Counted from the stretch's first letter, positions 1 through 9,608 are shown. The stretch: DNA of 64,000 nucleotides from an uncultured Bacillota bacterium (GCA_963804645.1 CAWDRG010000004.1:132940-196939), one strand, 5' to 3'. Numbers and translations are program-made. Notes: a model not told the origin generated them from the sequence alone.

Positions 1-1
1 C

Positions 2-46
2 GTGAAGGACCAGTTTATGCAGGCGCTCGGTACGGTCGACCTGTAG
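2..46 (+). CDS. 3' end of a gene running in from the left edge (VKDQFMQALGTVDL*)
   Basis: Open frame with GC-rich codons ending TAG at 44-46; too short to identify. Confidence 0.35.
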   Translation: MKDQFMQALGTVDL

Positions 47-78
47 CCGAGGCGCGACCGGCCGCGGCGAGGGCACGC

Positions 79-122
79 GGAGGGGAATGGGTCCTGGTGG
101 GCTTCGCGGTCTTCAAAACTGT
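79..122 (+). pseudogene. selC: tRNA-Sec (selC) 5' half; variable arm, T arm and 3' acceptor strand missing
   Basis: GGAGGGGA-AT-GGGTCC TGGT GGGCTT-C-GCGGT CTTCAAA ACTGT: Sec-type 6-bp D stem with 4-nt loop and TCA anticodon. No GTTCGA T loop or TCCCCTCC follows. Confidence 0.8.
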
Positions 123-212
123 CCGCCCGCAGCGCCGTGCATCACGAGATCACGCTCTGAACCGTGTAATACAAGGCTTTGCGCGTATCTACGAACGATG
201 GTTCGCGTTGGC

Positions 213-240
213 TGCACTTGAATTGCACTCATTTTGCACT
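213..240. repeat. three TGCACT direct repeats at 11-bp period, candidate tyrosine-integrase arm-type sites
   Basis: TGCACT at 213, 224 and 235, about 90 bp from the selC break. Confidence 0.5.
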
Positions 241-271
241 TGTTCGCCGCCTAGAAGAGCAGCAAGCGACT

Positions 272-323
272 CCGCGTGTCCGGTGGTGGGGGGGCAGCGG
301 GGCGACCCCGCTCCCTACTCGAT
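272..323 (+). mobile_element. group II intron (class C-like) 3' remnant: 3' strand of domain V plus domain VI
   Basis: GTCCGGTGGTGGGGGGGCAGCGGGGCGACCCCGCTCCCTACTCGAT matches the class C end pattern CGGTGGTG...hairpin...CCTACTCGAT. Confidence 0.7.
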
Positions 324-533
324 AAGCGGAAATCCGGTCTCATCGTGTACGTCTGTCCTCGGCCTCGTGAGATGGCCCCGAACGCGCGAGACGGCCGACG
401 CGATCGACGGGCGAAGAAGCGGAAGGAGATGACGCGGGGTGGACGGCCGCGGATGCCGCGCCCCGCGGGCGCTGGAGTGATTCGCCATTGTGTGCGGGGG
501 TAGGGACGCGGATACACATGGGGGGTGATCGGC

Positions 534-1538
534 ATGGCCATTCGCGTCATGCACTACGGGCTCGGCCCCATTGGGGTTGGGGTCCTGCGGCAGGTTGCGA
601 CTCGAAAGGGCTTCAAGGTCGTGGGCGGCATCGATATCGACCCCGCCAAGGTGGGCAAGGACCTGGGCGAGATCGCGGGGCTGGGTCGCACGCTCGGCCT
701 CCGGGTCGTGGCTGATCCCGTCCCGGCGATCAAGAAGGCCAAGCCGGACGTCGTGATACTGTGCACCCGGAGCTCGCTCCGCGCCGTGATGCCCCAGATC
801 GAGACGGTGCTGAAGCTGCGCGTCCCGATCGTGTCCACCACGGAAGAGCTGGCCTACCCGTACCACACGAACCGGGCGCTGGCGAGGAAGATCGACGCAC
901 TGGCTACGAAAGCCAAGGTGGCGGTCGTGGGCACTGGCGTCAATCCGGGCTTTGTGATGGACGCCCTGCCGATCATGCTGACCGGCGTGTGCGAGCGGGT
1001 CGATGCCATCCGGATCGACCGGATCCAGGACGCCAGCGTGCGGCGGCTCCCCTTCCAGCAGAAGATCGGGGCCGGCCTCACGGTCGCGCAGTTCGAGGAA
1101 CGGGTGGCTGCGGGCACCGTCCGTCACGTCGGCCTGACGGAGTCCATCGCCATGATCGCCGACGCGTTTGGCTGGAAGATGGGCAAGATCACCGATACGA
1201 TCACGCCCAAGGTGGCCGAGGTCGAGGTGGCCAGCGACTTCCTGACCGTAGGGGCCGGTTTAGTCTGCGGCCTCCTGCAGGACGGCATCGGCTACACTAA
1301 GGACGGCACCCCCGTCATCACGCTGCACATGGAGGCCTACCTGGGCGCGCCGGAATCATACGACCAGGTGACCATTACCGGCCATCCGAATATCACCTCG
1401 CGAGTCGAGGGCGGGTTTCACGGGGACGTGGCGACGGCATCGATCGCGGTCAACACGATCCCCAAGATTCTGACGGCGCCTCCGGGCCTGCGCACGATGC
1501 GCGACATAGCGTTGCCATCATTCTTCGGCGGGAAGTAA
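534..1538 (+). CDS. NAD(P)-dependent dehydrogenase, 2,4-diaminopentanoate dehydrogenase / native amine dehydrogenase-like (DapB-like N-terminus)
   Basis: GLGPIG Rossmann motif, DIDPAKVGKDLGE, STTEEL, GTGVNPGF and GDVATA motifs; RBS GGGGGTG before ATG 534. Confidence 0.8.
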   Translation: MAIRVMHYGLGPIGVGVLRQVATRKGFKVVGGIDIDPAKVGKDLGEIAGLGRTLGLRVVADPVPAIKKAKPDVVILCTRSSLRAVMPQIETVLKLRVPIVSTTEELAYPYHTNRALARKIDALATKAKVAVVGTGVNPGFVMDALPIMLTGVCERVDAIRIDRIQDASVRRLPFQQKIGAGLTVAQFEERVAAGTVRHVGLTESIAMIADAFGWKMGKITDTITPKVAEVEVASDFLTVGAGLVCGLLQDGIGYTKDGTPVITLHMEAYLGAPESYDQVTITGHPNITSRVEGGFHGDVATASIAVNTIPKILTAPPGLRTMRDIALPSFFGGK

Positions 1539-1859
1539 CGCGCGCCGGAACGGTCCGCCAATTCAGCTCGCCCCGATGGACCGTGCGATTTCAGCAAATG
1601 AAGGGTTCTGATAGCGCGCCAGGTCCCCAGGAAGATCGAATAGTTTTAGCATGTGGGCCTCGTTAGACGAATGAGCAGGCAGTCTGTAGACCGGTCGCGC
1701 AGCGCCGCCTGGACGGGCCGGTACCAGCGGGAGCGCTCGGGACAGCCGACCAACGCGGCGAGACCTGTCGCGTCTGACGGCTCGGCGACGGGCATGGAGG
1801 GACCCCGAATAGCTCGCGGTCTCGTGACGGGCTAACGACGACGATCGTCGGGACCCTCC

Positions 1860-3482
1860 TCAGGCTGGCCCGGTAGTCCATTCCAGGCCTCCGCCACCCC
1901 GCGGGTCGGCGCCGCCGACGAGGTCTCCGTTCTTGCCGACCATCACCGCGGATACCCGCGCCGTATAGTCGCTCACCACGATCCGATGGCCCAGCCTCCC
2001 AAGCGCCCGTGCAATCCCGGACGGAAAGCTGGACTCCACCATGACCACACCGGCCTCGTGCTGTGTATGGATGCGTGGCGCGGAGATGGCGGCCTGCAGC
2101 GGCAACCCGAACTCGAGCACGCCGAGCAGCACTTGTGTGATGGCGGTCGTTTTCAGCGCGCCGGCGGGCGACCCGATGGCCATAAACGGTCGATCGTCGC
2201 GTAGCAGGATCACGGGGCCGCCGCCGTGCACGGGCACCGCGCGCGGCGCGAGAGAGGCGGGCCGGTCTGGACGTGGATCAAACATGATCATGTGATCGTT
2301 GTGGACGAACCCGAGTCCTGACGTTACCACGCCGGACCCGCTACCACTGCTGTGCACCCACGAAACCGCGTTTCCGGTCCGGTCGATGACGGCGAGGTGC
2401 GTCGTCCCCTCGCCCGAGGCCGCGCCCGCGCCGGGTTGCGGGAAGGCACCGCTCAGCACGGCGTCCCGCACCGCTGCGATCCGGGCGGACGTCAACAGCG
2501 CCGCCGCGCCGTCCGAGGACCCGGTCCGAAGCACCGTGGCGGCTTCGGCGAATGCCCACTGCATGGTGCGCGCGACGACGTCAAAGTACGCCGGCGAGTT
2601 CCAGCCAAGCGCGCGAAGGTCGAGTTGCTCGCACACCTGCATGATCAGGAGCAGGATCACGCCGAGGCCGGGTGGTGTATCGGTGACAAGCGTGACCCCG
2701 CGATAGAGGGCCGATGTCGGACGCTCCAGTGTCGGGGCGGCCCATCGCAGATCCTCGGTCGTGAACAGGCCACCGTGGGATTCGAAGTCCCGTCCGATCT
2801 GCACACCGATGTCACCGTCGTAGAACACACGGGCCCCCTCATGCCCCACGCGCTCGAGCGTGCGTGCGAGATCGCGCTGGATCAGGCGCTCGCCGACGCG
2901 CAACAGCCGTCCGTCCGGCATGAAAATCTCGCGCGCCAACGGTTCCGCCGCGATCTTCTCGGCCGGCCGGACGCCCATCGGGTGCGGCCGGTCCGGGTCC
3001 CACGTGCGGTACAGATACGGCGTCACGAGCACCCCTTCCCGGGCCAACTCGATCGCTGGCGCCAGGAGGTCCGCCCACGGCATACTGCCGCACCGGTCGT
3101 GCACGACCTCGAGACCGCGCACCAGCGTGGGGATGACCGACGCCGCGTGTGTCCGAAGGTTCCGGTCGCCCACGACCTTGCGACCGGAGCCGACGATGCC
3201 GGGAATCGCATCGTCCCCGGCCGGCGTGTAGGCGCCCGGCACCGCCCGTGATCCCGACACCGGGGACGCCTGGACGAGCTCGACGCGTCCCGGATTGGCG
3301 AGGTACACGAGGCACTGGGCGCAGCCGCCGAGGCTCGCCATCAGCGGGTTCGCGACTGTTTGGGCGAACGCGGTCGCCACCCCCGCGTCCACAGCGTTTC
3401 CCCCGCGCGCGAGGATGCCGGCACCGACCGCCGCGGCAAGGGGCTCGGGGCAGGCTACCATACCGGTCCGGACCTCCGCCAT
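1860..3482 (-). CDS. ggt: gamma-glutamyltransferase family protein
   Basis: GGNAVDA N-terminal motif, catalytic EGTTH, C-terminal GGADPR; AAGGAGG RBS before ATG 3482. Confidence 0.9.
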   Translation of the reverse strand: MAEVRTGMVACPEPLAAAVGAGILARGGNAVDAGVATAFAQTVANPLMASLGGCAQCLVYLANPGRVELVQASPVSGSRAVPGAYTPAGDDAIPGIVGSGRKVVGDRNLRTHAASVIPTLVRGLEVVHDRCGSMPWADLLAPAIELAREGVLVTPYLYRTWDPDRPHPMGVRPAEKIAAEPLAREIFMPDGRLLRVGERLIQRDLARTLERVGHEGARVFYDGDIGVQIGRDFESHGGLFTTEDLRWAAPTLERPTSALYRGVTLVTDTPPGLGVILLLIMQVCEQLDLRALGWNSPAYFDVVARTMQWAFAEAATVLRTGSSDGAAALLTSARIAAVRDAVLSGAFPQPGAGAASGEGTTHLAVIDRTGNAVSWVHSSGSGSGVVTSGLGFVHNDHMIMFDPRPDRPASLAPRAVPVHGGGPVILLRDDRPFMAIGSPAGALKTTAITQVLLGVLEFGLPLQAAISAPRIHTQHEAGVVMVESSFPSGIARALGRLGHRIVVSDYTARVSAVMVGKNGDLVGGADPRGGGGLEWTTGPA

Positions 3483-3523
3483 CGATGACGCCTCCTTCAG
3501 TGTGTCCCGCGGTCGGCGCGCCG

Positions 3524-4483
3524 TCACGCCTTCGTGACTTCCAGGTACTCGGCAAACAGCTCTTCCACGGACAGCCGCCTGCCGATCAACCGTTGTGCGA
3601 CCTGCTCGTCCAGAAAGGCCTCGAGCGGCCCGCGGTTCGCCTCGATGCCGTTCGGATGCCAGTCCTGGCCCATCAGCCGCGTCGCCTCTTCCACCTCCGC
3701 CAGCGTCCACGGCAGTGTGTCGGCGAGAGAGCGCCGGCTCGCCTGCCATACCTGTTTGGACTGTTCTAGCGCCTCGTACAGGCTCGCGGCGATCCACGGA
3801 TCGTACTCGAACACGTCCCGTCGCACACCCACGATGTGCTGCAAGGGATAGATCCCGGTACGGCGGTAATAGGCCTGTTCGGCCCGGGGATAGTCCGAAA
3901 GCAGCCGCACGATCTTGCTTCCGGGGGCGTAGAATCCGGCCGGCGGGTTCGGGCACATCAGCGCGTCGAGCTCGCAGTCGAGCAACATGTCGCGCAACGC
4001 CCGTCCTGGTGGTGCGGTACGGACAGGCGGCGGCGTGGTTGGCGCGCGCTTCGGTGGCGGACCGTCGACGCTGCCGACCCACCACTGAATACGGTCGAGC
4101 GCCACCCCAGCGTCCCGGAGAATTGCCCGCGACCAGGTGTTACCCGTGGCCTGCCAATCGTTCGTGCCGATCCGCGTTCCCTCGAGATCAGGAATGTCGC
4201 GTAGGCCGCTATCCCGGCGCACGAAAAAGCAGCGGTGGCGAAAGGCCCGGTAGGGAAATGTCGGAATGCCTACGAAACTCCGCTCGCCCGAGGCGACCCG
4301 CTGGATGTGCTTGCTGAGCGACAGCTCGCCAGCGTGCACCGTGGGGTCCGAGAGCGTACGGGTCAGGGCCTCGGGCGTGTCGCGCTCGAGCGTCAACGCG
4401 ATCCGGTCGATCGCGATGTCGCCGCTGGCTAAGGGCGCCAGGTAATCGTAGTTGCGCATCGCGAGCGTTACGGAACGGCGCAT
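3524..4483 (-). CDS. 4,5-dihydroxyphthalate decarboxylase-like / type 2 periplasmic-binding-fold protein
   Basis: YDYLAPL..G, ELSLS, P.FPYRAFRH, YYRRTGIYPLQH and GQDWHPNG motifs; GGAGG RBS. Confidence 0.75.
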   Translation of the reverse strand: MRRSVTLAMRNYDYLAPLASGDIAIDRIALTLERDTPEALTRTLSDPTVHAGELSLSKHIQRVASGERSFVGIPTFPYRAFRHRCFFVRRDSGLRDIPDLEGTRIGTNDWQATGNTWSRAILRDAGVALDRIQWWVGSVDGPPPKRAPTTPPPVRTAPPGRALRDMLLDCELDALMCPNPPAGFYAPGSKIVRLLSDYPRAEQAYYRRTGIYPLQHIVGVRRDVFEYDPWIAASLYEALEQSKQVWQASRRSLADTLPWTLAEVEEATRLMGQDWHPNGIEANRGPLEAFLDEQVAQRLIGRRLSVEELFAEYLEVTKA

Positions 4484-4701
4484 GCCTGGTCCTCCCAAGC
4501 GTCCGGTATCAGACGATCCATCGCCTCGGGGCCGCGCCGTCCGGACGCGCGAGCGCCACGGCTGATTCCAGTACAACCTACGCGCACGCCCCTGTCAACG
4601 ACCCGCGACCGCCGCGTCGGCAGGACTCCGAAATGGCCCGTGGAACCGTATCCACGCGGGCGAGCTGCAAGACACGGCGGCCGGGGCTGGAGGGACGCGC
4701 G

Positions 4702-6336
4702 ATGCACAGGCGTGGGACGCTGACGCGGCGGGCACTGCTCGGCGGGCTCGCCGCAGGAGCGGTGGGAGCGCGCACGGGCTGGTGGCCGTCCGAGGCCGAA
4801 GGAGCCGCACCCCAGAAACCGGTCGTCATCGCGCAGGGCACAGACCCGCCCACGCTGGATCCGCAGTTCGCCGAGTCCGGCGACCTGGCCAACCTTGAGA
4901 ACGAGCTGTTCAGCCGGCTGATCGCCTATGATAGCCAGATGCGGATCAGCCCGGATCTGGCCACGTCGTTCCACGTCATGCCCGACCAAGTGACCTGGCA
5001 GTTCAAGCTGCGGCCTGGCGTCACCTTTTGGAACGGCGAGCCCGTCGACGCACGGGCCGTCAAATACACGTTCGACCGGGTCGGGGACCAAGCGCTGCGC
5101 AAGCAGGGGCTCGACGATCCGTACTACGGCCGCGTCGGGTTCGATCACCTGACCATTGTGGACAACTACACGGTGAATTTCGTCTTGAAGGAACCGTCCA
5201 TCGTGTTCCCGGTCTACACCACGTTCAACCCGATCTTGGCCCCCGGGTATTACAGCAGCCATACGCCCGCGGAGACCGCGATCCAACCGATGGGCAGCGG
5301 CCCCTGGATGTTTGACGAGTGGGTGAAGGACGATCACCTGCGCCTGCGTGCCAACCCTCGGTACTGGCGGGGCAAACCGCAGGTCGACACGCTGATTTTC
5401 CGGATTGTGCCGGATGCGTCCACGCGGATGGCGATGCTCGAGACCAGCGAAGTGGACCTCGTCGCCGACCTCTCACCGGACGATGTTGCGCGGGTCGAGG
5501 GGCGCAGCACGCTACGGGTCAGCAAGGCGATCGGCGGACGGCGCGTCAACATCTCGATCCCGACACAGAACCCAATCTTCAAAGACCGGCGCGTGCGCCA
5601 GGCCATGAACCTCGCCGTGGACTTCGACACGATCAACAAAACGCTGCTGCGGGGCGTGGCGTTTGGTCGGATGGCGGTGCCGGTGAACGGCGTCACGTGG
5701 ATCGATCCCAAGATCAAGCCGTACCCGTACGATCCGCAACGCGCCAAGGCGCTGCTCGCCGAGGCCGGCTGGAAGCCTGGGACCGCAGTCACGATCAACT
5801 CGACCGCGGGCCGGTACGTGAAGGACAAAGAACTCGCCGAGGCCGTGGCCTCGTACCTCCAGCAGGTTGGGATGGACGCCAGCGCGCAGGTGCTGGAGTA
5901 CTCGGTCTTTACCGACAAGGTGCGGCAAGGACAGTTCGATATGCCGTACCTGATCGGATACGGGTCGCGCTTCTATGGGCCGGATGACCTCAGCATCTTC
6001 ATGGTGCCCGGGTTTGAGGGCATCGAGTGGATTACCAACACGGAGAACGGCCCGAAGGCGAAGCCGTTGTTCGACAAGCTCCTCGTGACGTTCGATCCGA
6101 AGCAGCAGCAGGAGCTCACGTGGGAGATCTCGCGCCTGTTTGTCGAGGAGGCGCCGTGGATCTTTCTGTGGGACCAGGTGGCGCTGTTCGGCGTCAACCG
6201 CCGGATCGACTACCAGGCCGTGGGGAATGGCGAGATCGACTGCTGGCTGACCTGGGGGACGGGACGTCCGGATTATCGGGTGATGGTACGGGGCGCTGTG
6301 CGCCCCGCCGCCGGGGCTAGGATGCGCGACGCGTGA
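4702..6336 (+). CDS. peptide/nickel ABC transporter substrate-binding protein (family 5, Tat signal)
   Basis: TRRALL twin-arginine leader; DPPTLDP, GSGPW, ANPRYW and DRRVRQAM motifs. Confidence 0.92.
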   Translation: MHRRGTLTRRALLGGLAAGAVGARTGWWPSEAEGAAPQKPVVIAQGTDPPTLDPQFAESGDLANLENELFSRLIAYDSQMRISPDLATSFHVMPDQVTWQFKLRPGVTFWNGEPVDARAVKYTFDRVGDQALRKQGLDDPYYGRVGFDHLTIVDNYTVNFVLKEPSIVFPVYTTFNPILAPGYYSSHTPAETAIQPMGSGPWMFDEWVKDDHLRLRANPRYWRGKPQVDTLIFRIVPDASTRMAMLETSEVDLVADLSPDDVARVEGRSTLRVSKAIGGRRVNISIPTQNPIFKDRRVRQAMNLAVDFDTINKTLLRGVAFGRMAVPVNGVTWIDPKIKPYPYDPQRAKALLAEAGWKPGTAVTINSTAGRYVKDKELAEAVASYLQQVGMDASAQVLEYSVFTDKVRQGQFDMPYLIGYGSRFYGPDDLSIFMVPGFEGIEWITNTENGPKAKPLFDKLLVTFDPKQQQELTWEISRLFVEEAPWIFLWDQVALFGVNRRIDYQAVGNGEIDCWLTWGTGRPDYRVMVRGAVRPAAGARMRDA

Positions 6337-7250
6337 CCGGCTACATTGCACGGCGCCTCGTCCAAACGGTTATTGTCCTCTGGGGCGTGTCGCTCGTGTC
6401 GTTCGCCGTCATCTTCCTGGCGGGCGATCCCGCGTTGACGATGGTGGGCGAGGACTGGACCCCCGCGATGATCCAGGCCTTCCGGCACGACATGGGATTC
6501 GATCGCCCCTGGTACGTGCAGTACGGCGCCTTTCTCTCGCACGCCGTCCGCGGAGACTTCGGGACTTCGCTGCGGCAGCACCAGCCGGCGTTGCGGCTGG
6601 TCGCCCAGCGCCTCCCGGCGACGATTGAGCTCGCCGTTGCGGCAACGTGCCTTTCCGTGGTCATCTCGTTCCCGGTCGGCGTCCTGTCGGCGACCCGCCG
6701 CAACTCGTGGTTGGATAACTTCGTGATGCTCGGGGCCCTGATCGGCCAGTCGCTGCCGACGTTCTACCTCGGGCTCATGCTCATTCTTATTTTCAGCGTG
6801 GGACTCGGATGGACGCCGGTTGCGGGGCAGGGCGGGGTGTCGCATCTCATCCTGCCCGCGGTCACGCTCAGCGCCTTCACGATGGCCCGGAACGCGCGCC
6901 TCATCCGGTCGAGTCTCCTGGAAGTGTTGCGCCAGCCGTACATTGCCACCGCGCGGGCGAAGGGACTCGTGGAGCGCGCGGTCGTGGCCCGGCACGCGAT
7001 GCGGAACGCCCTGATCCCGGTGATCACCCTGATCGGCGTGGAGTTCGGCGCGCTCCTCGGCGGGGCCGTGATCACGGAGACGATCTTCGCGTGGCCCGGC
7101 GTCGGACGGCTCGTCGTGCAGGCGATCTATGGCCGTGATATCCCGCTGGTGCAGACCGCGGTCATCGTGCTCGCCACGATGTTTGTGTTCGTGAATCTCG
7201 CGGTCGATCTGCTCTATGCTGCGCTGAATCCTCAGATCCGCCTTGGTTGA
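6333..7250 (+). CDS. peptide ABC transporter permease (DppB-like)
   Basis: GDFGTS, TARAKGL (EAA loop) and ETIFAWPGVG motifs. Confidence 0.93.
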   Translation: MTGYIARRLVQTVIVLWGVSLVSFAVIFLAGDPALTMVGEDWTPAMIQAFRHDMGFDRPWYVQYGAFLSHAVRGDFGTSLRQHQPALRLVAQRLPATIELAVAATCLSVVISFPVGVLSATRRNSWLDNFVMLGALIGQSLPTFYLGLMLILIFSVGLGWTPVAGQGGVSHLILPAVTLSAFTMARNARLIRSSLLEVLRQPYIATARAKGLVERAVVARHAMRNALIPVITLIGVEFGALLGGAVITETIFAWPGVGRLVVQAIYGRDIPLVQTAVIVLATMFVFVNLAVDLLYAALNPQIRLG

Positions 7251-8124
7251 CGCCATCCCGCCACGGTCGCCCCGCGGGAGCCGCGCATGGCGGAGTCTCC
7301 GGCGCGCCCGGCTCGCGATGGCCGGGGTGGTGATTCTCGTCGTGGTGTTCGGCGCGGCGGTGTTAGCTCCGGCCATCGCGCCGCGCCGGCCGACCGACGC
7401 GCAGTTGATCGATCGTCTGAAACCGCCGGGATCGCGGGACACGGCCGGCCGTGTGTACTATCTGGGCACCGATTCGCTCGGCCGGGACGAGCTCAGCCGA
7501 CTCCTGTTTGGGGCTCGGATCTCGTTGCTGGTCGGCGTAAGCGCGGTCGTGATCGGCGGCGTGCTAGGCGTGGCGCTCGGCGTGTGCGCCGGGTACTATG
7601 GCCGCTGGGCCGATGACCTGATCATGCGGCTCGGGGACATTCAGCTGGCGTTCCCCAGCATTCTCTTGTACATTGCCGTGCTGGCGGTCCTGGGGCCTGG
7701 CTTGCTCAAGGTGATCGCGATCCTCGGCGTCACGGGTTGGGCCACGTTCGGCCGCGTGACGCGCGCGCAGGTACTGGCCGTCCGCGAACTCGAGTTCGTC
7801 GGCGCGGCCCGCGCGGCCGGTTGCGGCGACGCACGCACCATCGCGCGGCACATCCTGCCGAATATTCTCGCGCCGATCATCGTTCTGGGCAGCTTCGCCG
7901 TGGCTGCGAACATCATTGCCGAGTCCTCGCTGAGCTTTCTGGGGCTCGGCGTGCCGCCGGCCATTCCCTCTTGGGGCACGATGCTGTCGGATTCCCAGCA
8001 GTATCTCCAGGACGCGTGGTGGCCGGCCGCGTTGCCGGGGCTTGCGATCACGCTCACGGTGCTCGCCATCAATGCCGTGGGTGACTGGCTACGCGACTAC
8101 CTGGACCCCGCCCTGCGGGAGTAG
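7243..8124 (+). CDS. peptide ABC transporter permease (DppC-like)
   Basis: LGTDSLGRD, HILPN, SLSFLGLG and GDWLRD motifs. Confidence 0.93.
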   Translation: MVDAIPPRSPRGSRAWRSLRRARLAMAGVVILVVVFGAAVLAPAIAPRRPTDAQLIDRLKPPGSRDTAGRVYYLGTDSLGRDELSRLLFGARISLLVGVSAVVIGGVLGVALGVCAGYYGRWADDLIMRLGDIQLAFPSILLYIAVLAVLGPGLLKVIAILGVTGWATFGRVTRAQVLAVRELEFVGAARAAGCGDARTIARHILPNILAPIIVLGSFAVAANIIAESSLSFLGLGVPPAIPSWGTMLSDSQQYLQDAWWPAALPGLAITLTVLAINAVGDWLRDYLDPALRE

Positions 8125-8366
8125 CCGAGCCCGCTTGAGACTCGACGGATGCGCCTCGGCGGGCGCGTAACAAGGACCCAGCGGCGCCGACGAGTTTCCG
8201 GGGTAGGGCCGAGGACTTGGACATCCGGTGCCCCTCCGAGTTCAAGCTGGTCCGCGACTGGAGCTGCTCGAGCGGATGCGCGAGATGGGGCCGGCCCGGT
8301 TTCCGTGGAATGACCGGCTGGACCTGTTTTCCAGGGCTGGACGGGAGTAGATGCTAGGAGGAATCT

Positions 8367-8392
8367 TGGTCGGGGAGAGGGGACTTGAACCC
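8367..8392 (-). pseudogene. tRNA 3' fragment (Pro-like), att-site scar
   Basis: Reverse complement GGGTTCAAGTCCCCTCTCCCCGACCA = T loop, acceptor 3' strand and CCA; rest of the tRNA is absent. Confidence 0.7.
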
Positions 8393-8624
8393 GCGCTTTC
8401 CCGTGAAGAAACGCCAGTAATTGCAAGGGTTCTAGCGCACCTGGTCCGTCAACTGGCACGCCAGCGTCACGTTGCGCGCGGCGGCGAGTCGCGTTGTGGC
8501 AGACGAACGCGTCGCCAGCGGCACGTGGTAGATCAGACGATAGCGCGGTGCTGAGCGCAGCGACGGTACGCAGTGAGACTCAGGAGCCGCACCGCTTCGT
8601 CGAACGGACACGGCGCCGGGGAGG

Positions 8625-8918
8625 CTAACGTCTTCTTTTCTGTTTCATCTCCTCCCAGCGAAGCTCCGCCTCTGCGATGAGGGTTTCGCTGATATAGAGG
8701 TAAATGCCGCAGGGAGACGCGGATTCCTCAAGAGCGGCGTCAAGTTCTGCAACGGTTCGGACTATGCGGCGTTCACTTGCGCCGGTGCGCATGAGCCAAC
8801 CGACTTCGGCGTCGTTTCGATACTGAATGTTTCTCGGTTCCCAGGGATCCCAATCGGAGAAGTCGATGAGGTGCAGGCTGCCAGCAAGGGCTGTGGCCCT
8901 GAAAAATTGTTCTGCCAT
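8625..8918 (-). CDS. hypothetical protein (97 aa)
   Basis: ATG with GGAG RBS and protein-like composition; lies between two tRNA fragments. Confidence 0.5.
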   Translation of the reverse strand: MAEQFFRATALAGSLHLIDFSDWDPWEPRNIQYRNDAEVGWLMRTGASERRIVRTVAELDAALEESASPCGIYLYISETLIAEAELRWEEMKQKRRR

Positions 8919-9097
8919 CGATTATCTCCCGATAACTCTTTGGCGGGTTGGGAACGTTCTCCTGGTTGGTCCCGGTTTCGCGGAGATAGCGCAGCGACGA
9001 CGCAAGCCGCGAAGAGGGAGGACCATGGCGCGATGCAAGCAGAGGCGCACCATCGGGGAGGGAATTCTACAAGGTTTGACCAGACTGGGCCCTGACC

Positions 9098-9148
9098 GGC
9101 TGCCTTCTAAGCAGCGGGTCAGGGGTTCGAATCCCTCCGGGCGCGCCA
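9098..9148 (+). pseudogene. tRNA-Arg(TCT) 3' fragment (anticodon arm to CCA), att-site
   Basis: GCTGC CTTCTAA GCAGC GGGTC AGGGG TTCGAAT CCCTC CGGGCGC GCCA; D arm and 5' acceptor strand absent. Confidence 0.85.
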
Positions 9149-9262
9149 CACAGAATCGCTTGAAACACCTGCGCTATATAGCTCCCAGCTTGATTATCAG
9201 CTCGATGGACCCGGTCCGGTCCGAGCCCGTCCGGATACGTGTAGGGCGGCCAAGCGATGCCT

Positions 9263-9286
9263 AAATAGGACGAAAAATAGGGCGAA
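9263..9286. repeat. 12-bp tandem repeat AAATAGGRCGAA, candidate integrase arm site
   Basis: AAATAGGACGAA AAATAGGGCGAA, 115 bp downstream of the tRNA-Arg fragment. Confidence 0.45.
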
Positions 9287-9304
9287 AAAATCTGCCTCCG
9301 GCAC

Positions 9305-9608
9305 GTGTTGTCCGGCGTCTTGAGGAGGTGACTCACAGGACCGAAGCCCGGGCGTACAAGTCTTGGAGGCCCGGCAGCGATGCCGAGGTCGGTGGCCCCG
9401 AAGGCGAGCGATGGATGGAGCCGCAACATTACGGAATCACTGCAGCGTCGAAATGGTGACCCACTCAGAGCTCCGGCAACGGAGCGCTCAGCGCCACAGT
9501 GGGGATGAGGGTGCCAAGTCTGTTTACGGAGGACGATGGCCAGTCCGAGGGAAGCATAGGGTACCAATGACGGCGACGACAACACAACGCGCCCGAGGGA
9601 AGGCTTCC
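9305..9608 (+). mobile_element. group II intron fragment (part of domain I plus a domain III-like hairpin), relative of 25228-26023
   Basis: Colinear similarity to about 25299-25540 (CCGGCGTCTTGAGGAGGTGACTCACA, ACGGAATCACTGCAGCG, GCTCAGCGCCAC), then jumps to a DIII-like segment. Confidence 0.75.
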
